A stretch of 64,000 bases of DNA from an uncultured Clostridiaceae bacterium (GTDB taxonomy: Bacteria > Bacillota > Clostridia > TANB77 > CAG-508), in NCBI GenBank assembly GCA_947577025.1, contig CANPTO010000007.1, positions 16,475 to 80,474 on the forward strand, read 5' to 3'. The number at the start of each line of letters is the position of its first letter. Position 1 is the stretch's first letter. The notes beneath the pieces were generated by a model. That model had not been told where the DNA came from and searched no databases. It saw only the letters and a list, made by a program, of their open reading frames with translations. Positions 43,822-55,872 of the stretch are shown piece by piece. Both the position numbers and the translations under genes were made by a program.

Positions 43822-44481
43822 TTAATTTTCTCTTGCCCAAATTACTAGCCTTTTTGTACTATCACTTGTACAAGTTGATAGCGAAATTTCTCTTTTTCCA
43901 TTCGTATTTCTTGTTGCATAACTGAAGTCTGAGTCCTCTGCTATATATTTGTTATATATTGTGTATTCTACCTTTTTTCCTTCACCATCTGTTATATATA
44001 TTTTATCTCCATTTTCTAATTTTTTGTTGTTTCCAAAAAATCCACCATTTCTGTAGTTGTGTCCTACTATAACTGTATTTCCTTCTTTGTTTAGACCTGG
44101 TCCATATAACATTACTATTGCTGTGTCCATAGCTGCTGGTGTTGTTGAATCTACTATTGGATAACTTACTTTTGTTTTTGGTATTTTTATTGTTCCTATT
44201 ACATTATAACCTTTATATTTTTTTGTTACTTTTGTTTGAGGCTTTGCTGTCACATTGCTGTTACTATTTTGATTATTATTTTCTGTAGTATTTGTAACTT
44301 CAACTTCATCTTCAATTGCTACTGTAATTATTTCATTTTCGAATTCTTCTACTACTTTAGCCGCTTCTTTTGTAGTTATATAGTTTGATATATAATTATA
44401 TGCTAAATATCCTAATAAACTTAATGTTATTATTCCTACTATAATTAATAATATTGTAAAAAATTTTCTACCTTTATTCAT
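43822..44481 (-). CDS. sortase
   Basis: N-terminal TM, VIVGHN and LSTCT catalytic motifs. Confidence 0.8.
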   Translation of the reverse strand: MNKGRKFFTILLIIVGIITLSLLGYLAYNYISNYITTKEAAKVVEEFENEIITVAIEDEVEVTNTTENNNQNSNSNVTAKPQTKVTKKYKGYNVIGTIKIPKTKVSYPIVDSTTPAAMDTAIVMLYGPGLNKEGNTVIVGHNYRNGGFFGNNKKLENGDKIYITDGEGKKVEYTIYNKYIAEDSDFSYATRNTNGKREISLSTCTSDSTKRLVIWAREN

Positions 44482-44717
44482 TTATTTGCTCTCCCTCCTT
44501 AAATTATTAGTTAATTGGAAGTCAACAATGACAGAGATTTTTAACTGTTTTTTACATGATATTCTAAATTTTAAAAAAATTCCAATAAAAGTAGCCAAAA
44601 ATCTCCGTCCCCATTGACTTCCCTTTTGACTTACTTTTTCACTGCTTCTTTTGTTGTATTGTATCTATTATGAAATTTTAAATTTCTGCACATACATTAG
44701 AAATAAACATTTTATTT

Positions 44718-45389
44718 CTAACTTTCTGCTGCACATATTATTAATCTACTTTTTGAATTATCTGAACATGTTGATAATGTTACTTCTCTTTTACCTTTTG
44801 TATCTCTTTCCATATGGCTACTATCTTCTGGTGTTGTTGTATAAATTTTATATATTATATATTTTAGTTTTGTTCCTGTTTTATCTGTTATATATATTTC
44901 GTCTCCCTCTGATAGGTTTTTATTGTTTGAGAAAAATACTCCATTTCTACTATCATGACCTACTATGACTGTGTTTCCTATTTGATTTAATCCTGGTCCT
45001 ACGTCTTTTACAACAGAAACTTCTAAGGCTGCTTTTGTTAATTCTTCTAATACTGGATATTCTAAGTTTATTTTTGGTATTTGTATTGTTCCTGCTACTG
45101 GAAATCCTTTATATTTAAATGTATTATCAGAACCTGTAGAACCACTTGATATTACATTTTCCTCTAATATATTAAGTTGTATATCTTGATTAGTATTTTG
45201 GTTATCGCTTTGATTATTTCTACCTTGTCTATTTTCTTCTTGAAATCTATCTACTGCACTTGATGCTTCATTATTTATATTCGAATTTCTTATATAGTCT
45301 ACTGTAAAAAATATTAGTACTCCTATAACTATAGCTATTAATACTACTAAACCTATGGTAAGTGTTTTTCCATATTTACTTTCAAACAT
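44718..45389 (-). CDS. sortase (second tandem copy)
   Basis: VIVGHD and LSTCS motifs. Confidence 0.8.
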   Translation of the reverse strand: MFESKYGKTLTIGLVVLIAIVIGVLIFFTVDYIRNSNINNEASSAVDRFQEENRQGRNNQSDNQNTNQDIQLNILEENVISSGSTGSDNTFKYKGFPVAGTIQIPKINLEYPVLEELTKAALEVSVVKDVGPGLNQIGNTVIVGHDSRNGVFFSNNKNLSEGDEIYITDKTGTKLKYIIYKIYTTTPEDSSHMERDTKGKREVTLSTCSDNSKSRLIICAAES

Positions 45390-45478
45390 AATTACTCCTC
45401 CTTTATTTTTTATAGCTATATTAATTATAGCATAAATAATATTATTTTTCTAGTATTTTTAGCAACTAAAAATTTGTT

Positions 45479-46783
45479 TTATTTTTCATATTTTGCGATT
45501 AAGTCATAGTTATTTGCACCTATAATTTCACATTCCACAAATTTTCCTTCTAATTCTTTGTCTACTATTTCTATGTATATAAGTCCATCTATATCTGGCA
45601 CATCCATGTAACTTCTTCCTACATAATATTTACCATCAAAAGTTTTAGTTTCTACTAATACTTTTAATTTCTTTCCAATTAATTGTTTTTGCTTTTCTAT
45701 AACTATTTGTTGTTGCAAACTCATAATTTTATTATATCTACTTTTCTTTGTATTTGAATGAATTTGTTCTGGAAGTTTTTCGGCTGGTGTTCCTTTTTCC
45801 TTAGAATAACTAAATGCTCCTAATCTATCAAATTTTGTTTCCTTTATAAATTCATATAATTCTTCAAAATCTTCCTTCGTTTCTCCTGGAAAACCTACCA
45901 TAACTGTTGTACGAATAACTACATTTGGTATCTCTTCTCTTAACTTTTTGATAACTTTTCGTATGCTCTCTCCGTTACTTTTTCTATTCATTCTTTTTAG
46001 AACACTATCTGATATATGTTGAATCGGTATATCAAAGTATTTACATATTTTATCTTCTTTTTTCACTACTTCTATTAATTCATCTGTTATCGTTTCTGGG
46101 TATGAATATAAAAATCTTATCCATTTTATTCCCTCTATTTTGCATAGCTCTTGCAATAATTCTGCTAAACGTGGCCCTCCATATATATCTATTCCATATT
46201 TTGTTGTATCTTGCGCTATTACTATTAGTTCTTGATAACCTTCTTTAGCAAGTTTTTTCGCTTCTTCTAGTACATCTTCCATCGTTCTACTTATAAATTT
46301 TCCTCTTATTTTTGGAATTGCACAATATGTACAAAAGTTACTACAACCTTCTGCTATTCTTAGGTATGCAAAATTTTCGCCTGTTGTTATTGTTCTATCT
46401 AAAAAGCTTAACCCTTTTGCTTTTGTTACTTCTGGTTTTATAACTTTTTCTATTTGTTCCCATATTGTATTATAAGAATCATATTTTATCCATAAGTCTA
46501 CTTCTGGAATTTCTTTTTCGAGTTCATCTTTAAACCTTTGTACTAAGCAACCCATTACTATTAAATATTTGCATCTTTTCTTTTTATATTCTGCCATTTC
46601 AAGTATTATATTTATTGCTTCTTCTTGTGCACTTAATATAAAACCACATGTATTTATTACTAAAATATCAGCATCTTCTGGGTTATTTACTATTTTATAT
46701 TCATTATTTTTGAATAGACCTATTGTCATTTCTGTATCTACTAAGTTTTTGCTACAGCCTAAGTGTATAAATCCTACGTTCAT
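45479..46783 (-). CDS. rimO: ribosomal protein S12 methylthiotransferase RimO
   Basis: VGFIHLGCSKNLVDTE MTTase domain, CxxxCxxC radical SAM, C-terminal TRAM. Confidence 0.75.
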   Translation of the reverse strand: MNVGFIHLGCSKNLVDTEMTIGLFKNNEYKIVNNPEDADILVINTCGFILSAQEEAINIILEMAEYKKKRCKYLIVMGCLVQRFKDELEKEIPEVDLWIKYDSYNTIWEQIEKVIKPEVTKAKGLSFLDRTITTGENFAYLRIAEGCSNFCTYCAIPKIRGKFISRTMEDVLEEAKKLAKEGYQELIVIAQDTTKYGIDIYGGPRLAELLQELCKIEGIKWIRFLYSYPETITDELIEVVKKEDKICKYFDIPIQHISDSVLKRMNRKSNGESIRKVIKKLREEIPNVVIRTTVMVGFPGETKEDFEELYEFIKETKFDRLGAFSYSKEKGTPAEKLPEQIHSNTKKSRYNKIMSLQQQIVIEKQKQLIGKKLKVLVETKTFDGKYYVGRSYMDVPDIDGLIYIEIVDKELEGKFVECEIIGANNYDLIAKYEK

Positions 46784-46799
46784 TTTTGTTGCTCCTTTT

Positions 46800-46960
46800 T
46801 TATATTCTTAGGAAAGTCATCCACGTTAGTGGTGAGTTTCCTTAGAAGATTGTTATGGAAGAATTAGATTTTACTAAAGCATAACTTATTCGTACGCATT
46901 AAAATGCTACGACTAAGAAATCTTAGCGAAGAATGAGCTTAGAAAATCTTATTCTTGTTT
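46800..46960. repeat. dispersed repeat (ttatattcttaggaaagtcatccacgttagt ...), copy 1
   Basis: 31-bp identity with 50392-50423. Confidence 0.45.
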
Positions 46961-47039
46961 TTTATATAAAGTAAATGTAGAAAAGTATGTCAATTTCCTT
47001 CGTCCCTTTTGACACACTTTTTCTACATTTGCTTAAATT

Positions 47040-47618
47040 TTATTTAAAATATTGCCCAAAATATTTTTGAACATTTTCTTCGAACATCTCCTGTGTATCA
47101 TTTTCAAAGCGTATTACCTTGATGTTTTTAGTTTGCTTTTCAACTTCATCTGCCATCTTTAAATACTCTCTTTGCTGCAAAATACTACTTTCTTCTTCAA
47201 ATTTTTGATATTGATGTTTATCCCTTTTGATTCTTGTTTCATATAAAGATTCATCTTGCAAGTATGCCATTACTAGATAAATATCATATTTATCAGCATT
47301 TTTCATATTATCTAACTTTGATAATAAACTTTGATATGTTTCATTAAAAGAATATTTTTGATATCCAAGTCTTGAATATACTTCATTTGTAAAAAATGTT
47401 CTATCAAATATCATGTTTATATCTTCACAGTTTTCTATGTATTCTATTAACTTTTCGTATTTTGTTCTTATTTTTGCAAGTCCTGTTTCAGTCCTGTCTT
47501 TTATTCCAGATAATCTATAAAGGTCTGTTGCTGCCATATTCTCTCTTAAATAATTTGTAAATGTTGTCTTTCCTACTCCTTGTGGTCCTTCTACAATAAT
47601 AATGACATCATTCTTCAT
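47040..47618 (-). CDS. P-loop (deoxy)nucleoside/nucleotide kinase-like protein
   Basis: IIIVEGPQGVGKTT Walker A; RBS aggagg before MKNDV. Confidence 0.5.
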   Translation of the reverse strand: MKNDVIIIVEGPQGVGKTTFTNYLRENMAATDLYRLSGIKDRTETGLAKIRTKYEKLIEYIENCEDINMIFDRTFFTNEVYSRLGYQKYSFNETYQSLLSKLDNMKNADKYDIYLVMAYLQDESLYETRIKRDKHQYQKFEEESSILQQREYLKMADEVEKQTKNIKVIRFENDTQEMFEENVQKYFGQYFK

Positions 47619-48301
47619 AAAATATATCCTCCTTATACTAGTCAAAGCTTTTTAGTTACTTACATTATTTCTATTCGAAATTATACTATCTTTTTTTAAT
47701 TTTGTAAATATTAGAAGAATAAGTTTCCGAAAAATTATAATTTTGCTATTGCTTTTTTTTGAATAATCTGTGTATAATAACAGTGTAAAAAGTTTTGTCA
47801 AAAATTTGGTTGTATTTTTTCAACAAAAAGAAAAAACAAAAAAGTAGGTGTGTGTGGAACACCTACTTTTTTTACTTTCTTACTAAAACAATTTATGTAT
47901 TTCCTTTAGCACTTTTGATATTTCTAGAACTAATTTCAAGTTTTTCAATATCAATTTCAAAATGTTTTGCTTTGGTCTCCTTTGTGTTTTTTGTCTTTGG
48001 TTATTTTTCTTCAACTTTATCACCTCAAGGAAGTTCTAAAGTGTACATAATTATATATTGTTTACTCATTTTTGTAAAAAATTTTTATTAAAAAGTTTCC
48101 ATAATTTTCCATCAAAATTAGACATTTTTCTTTCTTGCAATTTAGTACCTAATAGTGTAAAATAAGAATACTAAATTATACAAAAAGTGTATTTTAGTTG
48201 TAATACTATCAATATTTGTAAAAAATATTATAAAATACAAATAAAGGAGTGTCCCCACCGTTCCGAAATCGGAACGAAAAAGACCGTCCCTAACGTGCGA
48301 G

Positions 48302-50044
48302 GTGTATATATTGAAAGAAGAATTTAAACCACAAAAAAATAAAATTTATCCTGAAGTTCATGTTGATAACTTTAGGGAATTATTAGATTATACTACAAAG
48401 CAGTTTTCTGATCGTATTGCTTTTAGTTATAAAAAGGATGCTACTTCTAAAAATCCTGAATTTGTTAATGTTTCTTTTAAAAAGCATCATGAAGATGTAA
48501 AAGCTTTTTCGACTAAACTCATTAGTATGGGGCTTACTGATAAAAGAATTGCTATTATTAGCCATAACCAATACTCATGGCCTGTTAGTTATATGGCTAT
48601 TAATACTGGTAATATGGTATGTGTTCCTCTTGACTATTTGCTACCTGAAAATGAAATTGAAAATTTACTTATCCGAAGTAAAGCGGAAGCTATTATTTTT
48701 GATGGTAAGTTTTTAGAAATTTTTAAAAATATTAAAGCTAAAGGTTCAACAAATTTGAAATATTATATTAATATGAATTCAAATGAACATGCTGATGATA
48801 TTTTATCTTTTTGGAAATTATTAGAGGAGGGTTATTCTTTAATTAAAAGTGGTGATACCTCCTACAATAATATTACAATTGATAATGATAAAATGTCTAT
48901 AATGCTTTTTACCTCTGGAACTACTGATATGTCAAAAGCAGTTATGCTTTCTCAAAGAAATATATGTTCTAATGTTTCTGCAATGACTACTTTAATTAAA
49001 TATGAAGAAGGTGATAAGGTTCTTTCATTTTTACCTTTACATCATACTTTTGAATGTACTGCAACATATCTTTTCTGCTTCTTTATCGGCTTTAATATTT
49101 GTTACTGTGATGGCTTAAGGCATATTGCTAAAAATTTAGTAGAATATAAAATTTCTGGTATGGTATGTGTTCCAGCTGTTTTAGATGTAATGTATCGTCA
49201 AATTTGGAAAAATATTAAGCAAAAAAAGTTAACCATACCTATAAAAATTATGATGGCAATTTCTAACTTTTTATTGATGTTACATATAGATATAAGAAGA
49301 AAATTATTTAAAGGGATTTTAGAGCCACTTGGTGGAGCTTTAAGAACTATTATTTATGGCTCTGCATCTGCTGATACTAAAGTGATTAAGTTTTTTAACT
49401 CAATTGGTGTACGTATGATTCAAGGATATGGCTTAACAGAAACTTCTCCTGTTATTTCTTGTGAAAGTGATAAATATCAAAGGCCTGGAAGTGCTGGTAG
49501 ACCTCTATTTTGTGAAGATGTTCAGATTATTAATACAGATGAAAATGGAATTGGTGAAATTACTGTAAAGGGGCCTAATGTTATGCTAGGCTATTATGAA
49601 AATGAAGAAAAAACAAAAGAAGTTTTAGTTGATGGCTATTTTCATACTGGCGATTTAGGCTATATTGATAAAGATGGATATCTTTTTGTGACAGGACGTA
49701 TTAAAGATATGATTGTTTTAAAAAACGGAAAGAAAATTTTCCCTCAAGAATTAGAAATATTATTAAACAATTCTTCTTTAATCGAAGAAAGTTTTGTATA
49801 CCTTTCTCCTACACAAAATGATAAGTTATGCACAAAATTAGTATATAGTGTGGATAATGATAATTTAAAAGGCAAAAGTGAAGAAGAAATTTACGAATTA
49901 CTAAAAGAAGAAGTTAAAAAAGTTAATTTACAAATTCCATCTTATAAAAACATTTATGGAATAAAAGTTACTAATGAACCTTTAATAAAAACTACTACTC
50001 AAAAAATTAAAAGGCATGAGGAAATAAAAAGAATTTTAGGTTAA
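48302..50044 (+). CDS. AMP-dependent synthetase/ligase (long-chain acyl-CoA synthetase-like); start may be GTG 48302 or TTG 48311
   Basis: AMP-binding motifs LFTSGTTDMSKAV, GYGLTET, GDLGYIDKDGYLFVTGRIKD. Confidence 0.8.
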   Translation: MYILKEEFKPQKNKIYPEVHVDNFRELLDYTTKQFSDRIAFSYKKDATSKNPEFVNVSFKKHHEDVKAFSTKLISMGLTDKRIAIISHNQYSWPVSYMAINTGNMVCVPLDYLLPENEIENLLIRSKAEAIIFDGKFLEIFKNIKAKGSTNLKYYINMNSNEHADDILSFWKLLEEGYSLIKSGDTSYNNITIDNDKMSIMLFTSGTTDMSKAVMLSQRNICSNVSAMTTLIKYEEGDKVLSFLPLHHTFECTATYLFCFFIGFNICYCDGLRHIAKNLVEYKISGMVCVPAVLDVMYRQIWKNIKQKKLTIPIKIMMAISNFLLMLHIDIRRKLFKGILEPLGGALRTIIYGSASADTKVIKFFNSIGVRMIQGYGLTETSPVISCESDKYQRPGSAGRPLFCEDVQIINTDENGIGEITVKGPNVMLGYYENEEKTKEVLVDGYFHTGDLGYIDKDGYLFVTGRIKDMIVLKNGKKIFPQELEILLNNSSLIEESFVYLSPTQNDKLCTKLVYSVDNDNLKGKSEEEIYELLKEEVKKVNLQIPSYKNIYGIKVTNEPLIKTTTQKIKRHEEIKRILG

Positions 50045-50133
50045 ATTTTAATATTTTGCTTGACTTTAGTTTGTTTTTATGTTAATTTATTACTGTTGCA
50101 GGTTAATTTTTTTCTTTAAAAGGAGGACTCTCT

Positions 50134-50304
50134 ATGAAGAAAATACTTGAGTTTATAGTTTTTGCCATTATTTTGCTTATAGCTATTTCTTTTGCAACAG
50201 GTATAATTAAATTTTTAATTAAGGTTGCTTTAGCAATAGGTGTTTTTTATGTATTAATATTGGCATTCAGTTTCATTTTAAATTTTATACAATCATTTTT
50301 TTAA
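50134..50304 (+). CDS. small hydrophobic peptide (56 aa, 2 TM)
   Basis: Strong RBS aaaggagg 6 nt before ATG. Confidence 0.45.
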   Translation: MKKILEFIVFAIILLIAISFATGIIKFLIKVALAIGVFYVLILAFSFILNFIQSFF

Positions 50305-50391
50305 GTTATATAATCAAAAATAGTTTTAGTACATAATGAATCATTCTATAATCTTAAATAGGGTATCTGTTTTATACAGATGCCCTACTTT

Positions 50392-50460
50392 TTTATATTC
50401 TTAGGAAAGTCATCCACGTTAGTTAAGTTAGCTGTTAGGAATGAAATGACTTTATTCATT
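50392..50460. repeat. dispersed repeat, copy 2 of the 46800 family
   Basis: ttatattcttaggaaagtcatccacgttagt identical. Confidence 0.45.
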
Positions 50461-51517
50461 TTGTACTGATGGATCTATTATGTCATAAACTCTAACATAA
50501 TCTTTAGTATCTGAAAATGCCTTATACACTTCTGATTTATTTTTATTTAGAAAATTAATTATTTGATATACATCTATCCAAATTTGATTTACACCTTCTT
50601 TTTGCGATTCATCAAATATTAACTGCATTCCAAAATGAAGATGTGGAACATTTATATTATTTACATTTTCTTTTGCAGAATATCCTGTCATTCCTAAATA
50701 CCCTATTACATCTCCTGCTTTAACAACTTTTCCCTCACACATATCTTTAGCATATGGGTGGTCTTTTCTTAGATGGGCATAATAATAATATCTTTTCCCA
50801 TCAAAACTTCTGATGCCTACTCTCCAACCACCATATTGGTTCCATCCGGCATGCTTCTACTATTCCGCTTTCTACAGCAATAATTGGCGTTCCTATTTGC
50901 CCCATTAAATCATTTCCTAAATGAACCCTTTTATATCCATATGATCTACTATTTCCAAAATCATCATAATGGCTAAAACCATAATTCTTTGCAATTGGTA
51001 AAAATGCCTTTATTCCATATTTCTTTTTAAAAACTTTTTCTTTATTTTCATATTCTTCTATTTCATATTCACCTATAAACTCCTCTAATATAGCTGTATA
51101 TGCTTCTATATAGTAATCATACAGTTTATGGTTAGTAACTATATTTTCAACTTTTTCACCTTGTTCTAATTTTTCTACTAAAGTATCTAGGTCTGATTGT
51201 TTAAAAGATTTGAAATTACCACCATATTTAGTTGCTAAATATGATATAAGTTCTATCCAATTTAATTTTACATTCTCATCTTTATTGTGCGAATTGATGT
51301 CAAGCTTTGCTGTTTTTTCCATAACTTCTAATGGTACATTATAGTCTACCCACTTAATATATTTATTTTCTTCTTCCTCTACTACTATTTCTGAATTAAC
51401 TTGTATTGTCTTTGTAAGTTGTTTTATTATTGCAATCGAGATAGTAATTGCTATAATTACTATTATAAGAATATATATTTTTTTGACCTTAATCGCTTTT
51501 ACTACCAATTGTTCCAC
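50452..51517 (-). CDS. M23-family (LytM) peptidase with N-terminal TM; apparent +1 frameshift at ccg 50846-50848
   Basis: HLGNDL ... frame switch ... GWNQYGGWRVGIRS ... HLHFGMQ catalytic motifs split across ORFs 50801-51517 and 50452-50742. Confidence 0.7.
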
Positions 51518-51672
51518 CTCATAAATATTTGTTATATTTATATATATTATTAAATGTTGTACATTATTACATCAATTTTCATTAACATAATATTTACATT
51601 ATATTAAATTTGTGCTATAATATTCAACATGTAACTTATATAAAAGAATTAAAATTGAAAGGAGTAATATTT

Positions 51673-52398
51673 ATGTGGACACCAGAAACAAATACTTCAA
51701 AAAATTTAACACTTTGGATTACACATGAATGCAATTTGAATTGTGTCTTCTGTAGAGACTCTGAAAACAAACGGACTAAAGGTTTTATGACATTAGAGGA
51801 AGTTCAGCACGCTCTATTTTCTGCTAAGGAAAACGGCATTACAACAATTCTTATAGGCGGTGGCGAGCCAACACTTCATCCAAATGTTATAGAAATAGCC
51901 AAGATGTGTAAAAACATTGGCTTCTTTACGGTAATTACTACCAATTACACAAAACCTAAAATTATTAAATCATTAGATGGTATTTGTGACACTATTAATA
52001 TTTCACTTTATCCTGAAAATGAGGATATTATTCCTTACCAAAAAGATTTTAAATCTAATTTATATCTCAAAGTTTTATTATATAAAGGAAGATTTAAAAC
52101 TAAGGAAGAATTCGATAGTTTCATAGATAAATATGAAAAACGTATCCCTCATATTGGCTTTTGTTGTATGAGAGGTCATACAACTTGGTGTAAAGAGCAT
52201 AAGCAAATAGACTGGCTTGATAACTTGCCTATTGATAAAGTAGTTATGACTGATCGTGGTAACCCTTGTTTCATATATAGAGGATTTCCAATAGACAGAA
52301 AAGATTTAAGTATATTTAAAAAATCTCATATGATGGTAGACGTACGTGGCTTACTCTATGATGAAAATGGAAAATGGGTATTGAATAATAGAGAATAG
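51673..52398 (+). CDS. radical SAM protein (about 242 aa)
   Basis: ITHECNLNCVFC (CxxxCxxC) and GGGEPTLHP; RBS gaaaggag. Confidence 0.75.
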   Translation: MWTPETNTSKNLTLWITHECNLNCVFCRDSENKRTKGFMTLEEVQHALFSAKENGITTILIGGGEPTLHPNVIEIAKMCKNIGFFTVITTNYTKPKIIKSLDGICDTINISLYPENEDIIPYQKDFKSNLYLKVLLYKGRFKTKEEFDSFIDKYEKRIPHIGFCCMRGHTTWCKEHKQIDWLDNLPIDKVVMTDRGNPCFIYRGFPIDRKDLSIFKKSHMMVDVRGLLYDENGKWVLNNRE

Positions 52399-52529
52399 CA
52401 AATAAACCTTTCATTTTTCTAAATCTAATATCATTATTATAATATCAGATAAAAAAACGTTAACATAGTATATAACTACTATTGTTAACGTTTTTAATAT
52501 GAATTCATATAATTTATTGAAATCACTAA

Positions 52530-52808
52530 TTATTTTTTATTTACTAAATCTTTTAAAGCTTTTCCTGCTTTGAATACTGGAGCTTTAGAAGCTGGTATTT
52601 TTATTTCTTCTTTAGTTTGTGGATTTCTTCCTTTTCTAGCTGCTCTTTTTCTTACTTCGAAAGAACCAAATCCAACTAGTTGAACTTTATCTCCTTTTGT
52701 TAAAGTTTCTGTTACAACTTCAACAAATGCATTTAAAGTTGCTTCAGCATCTTTTTTTGTTGAACCAGTTTTTGCTGCGATAGCTGCTATTAATTCTGAT
52801 TTGTTCAT
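52530..52808 (-). CDS. hup: DNA-binding protein HU
   Basis: [11 protein letters not shown]...[20 protein letters not shown]. Confidence 0.9.
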   Translation of the reverse strand: MNKSELIAAIAAKTGSTKKDAEATLNAFVEVVTETLTKGDKVQLVGFGSFEVRKRAARKGRNPQTKEEIKIPASKAPVFKAGKALKDLVNKK

Positions 52809-52964
52809 TTAAATTACCTCCTATAGATTTCGTATGTAGACCTTTATCAGGTCTACTACTAACATTATTCGCCAATGTTTTTCAAAATCCTTCTTTTTTT
52901 TATTATTTTTTCTTTCAAACCTTTATGGCTGTAAGTTTTTGACATTTTTATGTTTCAAATTTGG

Positions 52965-54633
52965 CTATTTTACTATGTTTGGCGTTTCCTTGTACAGTCC
53001 TAGTCTTTCTAGGATTTTATACAATTTGCCTCCATATGGAACCATTAGAAGTTCTTCTTTTGTAAATATTTTTAATGCTATTAGTGCTAATACATATATT
53101 ATAACTGCTACTAAAATTGATATTATTGTTACCACTTTGCCTGCATTTATACCACCTAATAATAAATAAACTGCATATGAACATACTGCCATAACAATTG
53201 TTGCTATAAATGGCTTTACTATAAATTTGGAAAATTTTAAATCTAGTTTCATGTGTTTTTTTAGTACATAAAAACATATTCCAAACGCTATGGCATGACA
53301 CGCTGCTGTTGCAAATGCTGCTCCTGCTGCTCCAATAGCTGGTATTGGAACTAATATTAGGTTTAATAAAAATTTAACCCCTACACCTATTGTTAATGCA
53401 ATTGCTGGTATATATATTTTTCCTAAACCTTGCAAAGCTCCATTTACTGTTTGTTCAAGTACTGTAAATATTATAGTTAAAGCACTTACTTGGAAAATAA
53501 ATGCTCCTTGATTTGCATTTGGGAATAATAAGTTTAATATCGGTCCGTGCAAATATCATCATTCCTACCATACAAGGAAGACCTATTAACATTGTTACTA
53601 ATAATGAAAATGATACTCTTTTATTTGCAGTTTGCATATCACCTTTTGTTTTTGCAGAAGCAATTGCTGGAACTAGCGCTGTTGCAAATGCTATATTAAA
53701 AGATAGTGGAAGTGAAACTAACGTATCTACTTTTCCACTTAAAATACCATATTGTTTTAAAGCCTCACCTTCTGTTAAGAAACTTTGCAGACCTCTTTTT
53801 ACTGTCATTGAATCAATGTTTCTATTTATAGATGTTAATATTGAGCTTAAAGACATTGGTATTGAAACCATTAATATGTTTTTTACAGTTCCAAAAATAC
53901 TTTTTGTAGGAAAGTTTACTGATGATACTATTTCTTTTCCTAAATCTATTCTTCTTACTTTGTAATACATATATAAATATAGAAAACTTGCTACTGTTGC
54001 TAAGGTTGTTGCCAAATTTGCTCCTGCTGCCATCAAGTTTGTATTTACTCCTGAACATATTGCAACAAGTTCTACTACTAATATTGTAAATATCGTTTTA
54101 GCTAATTGTTCCAAAGTTTGAGAATTAGCTGTGGCTTTCATATTTTCTCTACCATTAAAGTAACCTCTAAATACAGAAATTATAGCCACAAAAAATATTG
54201 CTGGAGACAATGCAACTAATGTAAGTTCTGCCTCTGGTATAGCAAGCCATACTTTTGATATATAACCTGCTCCCATAAAGAGTATTAAAGTTCCTATTAA
54301 ACCAATAACTGCAAAGGTTGCAAGAGAAATTTTAAATATTCTATGAGCACCCCTATAATCACCTTTTGCAGTATGTTCAGAAACCAATTTAGAAACTGCA
54401 TTTGGAACTCCTGTTGAAGAAATTGTTAATAATAGTGCATAAATAGAAAAACCAGCACTATAAATTGCATTGCCTTCATCTCCAAAACCTGGTCTATTAG
54501 TCAAATACCATTTATATACTAAACCTAAAAGTTTTATTAAAACCTGTGCCACCATAAGTGATAGCACCCCTTGCATAAAACTCTCCCCTTTTGCACTATG
54601 GCTACGCCCTTTACTATGTTTACCTTTTTTCAT
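52965..54633 (-). CDS. SpoVB-like polysaccharide/lipid II flippase (MOP superfamily); apparent +1 frameshift at ccg 53545-53547
   Basis: 12-14 TM; two ORFs overlap in adjacent frames; skipping one C joins ...GMMIFAGPILNLLFP... Confidence 0.7.
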
Positions 54634-54905
54634 AACTTCATCCTTTTCTTTTTTATTATGTGTTTGTATTAAATTATATTCATATTATTAATATTATTCA
54701 AGTATTTTTTTGAAATTTATATATTAGAAGTTCGAGGTTGGATGTTAATGTCAATGGTGATGTAGCTTTTTAATACTTTTATTGTTACTAAGGACATTCT
54801 TAACAATTTTTTATAATTAAAAGATATGCCAATTAATACGATAATTATAAAAAAATTTGTCCCAAATAAAATTAGTCACTATTTATAGCTTAAAAATATT
54901 TTATT

Positions 54906-55060
54906 TCTACTGTAGGGGTTAATATCTAAAAGGAATACTTCTTTTGGAATACAGAATTTCGCCCTTAGATAATTTTAATATTGATATAAATTTTAAATAT
55001 ACGTTTAGGGCATAACTTACGTAAATTCTTTGTAGTATTCTTATTAGATATAAGTTCCTT
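54906..55060. repeat. inverted partial copy of the 23141-23400 repeat family, plus a direct repeat gtttagggc(a/g)taacttacgtaaattctt also at 55707-55780
   Basis: Direct comparison. Confidence 0.45.
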
Positions 55061-55264
55061 CGAATTTGAAATTATTTAGTGACCGTGAATATTAACACTA
55101 TTAGGTTAATTTTATAAAAAATTTCACGAAAATTATAGACATAATATTACAAATATGTTATAATGTATATTGTTAGAGTTTTAGTATATGCTCTTGAGTA
55201 ACTATCGAGGGCATAATGTCCTCGAAATAAGCATTTTATTGATTATAAGGAGGATAAAAAGACA

Positions 55265-55492
55265 ATGATTCGTAGAGTCGCACAATTTGTAGAAGATTTA
55301 GAAACGTTAGGATTAATTACACCCGATCAAGTACGGTCACAATCTAGCATTTGTGGCAAATTAACTGTTTTAATATCCGTATCCAAAAGTGATCCTTGCA
55401 AGTATTTTTTTATCCGAGATCTTTTTAAGGATGAATTTTCTATTGCTATTCAGTTTATAGAAGATTCTGAAGTTCTGCAAATCATATTTTAG
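55265..55492 (+). CDS. hypothetical small protein (75 aa)
   Basis: RBS aaggagg; bracketed by the direct repeats. Confidence 0.35.
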   Translation: MIRRVAQFVEDLETLGLITPDQVRSQSSICGKLTVLISVSKSDPCKYFFIRDLFKDEFSIAIQFIEDSEVLQIIF

Positions 55493-55872
55493 TCTTCTAC
55501 AAAAATCCCACCAAGATAATTTTTATTTTCTTGATGGGATTTTTTCATTTATGTCAACATCAATCTTTTAACGATTTTGTTTTCATAAAATTATTTTAAA
55601 AATTTATATTATATTTCCAAATAAATTTATATGTAATTTTTCTATACTATATTAATTATTCATATTATAAAATTAGCACTTTTTATCTTTTAAACTAACT
55701 TGATATATGTTTAGGGCGTAACTTACGTAAATTCTTATAGGTATTCCTATTAGATATAAGCCCCTATAATAAACTTATTTTTATTACATTCACATAATTT
55801 TCACAAATTTGCCAAAAAACCTTGATTTTTTGCCGATTTTATAGGATAATATAGGTGCAATTATTTTAATTA

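Noticed and set aside
47795-48091. 98-aa plus-strand ORF in the 650-bp gap before the acyl-CoA ligase gene
   Set aside because: Low-complexity hydrophobic translation, no RBS; the gap more likely holds promoter and leader sequence and the GGGAC palindrome.
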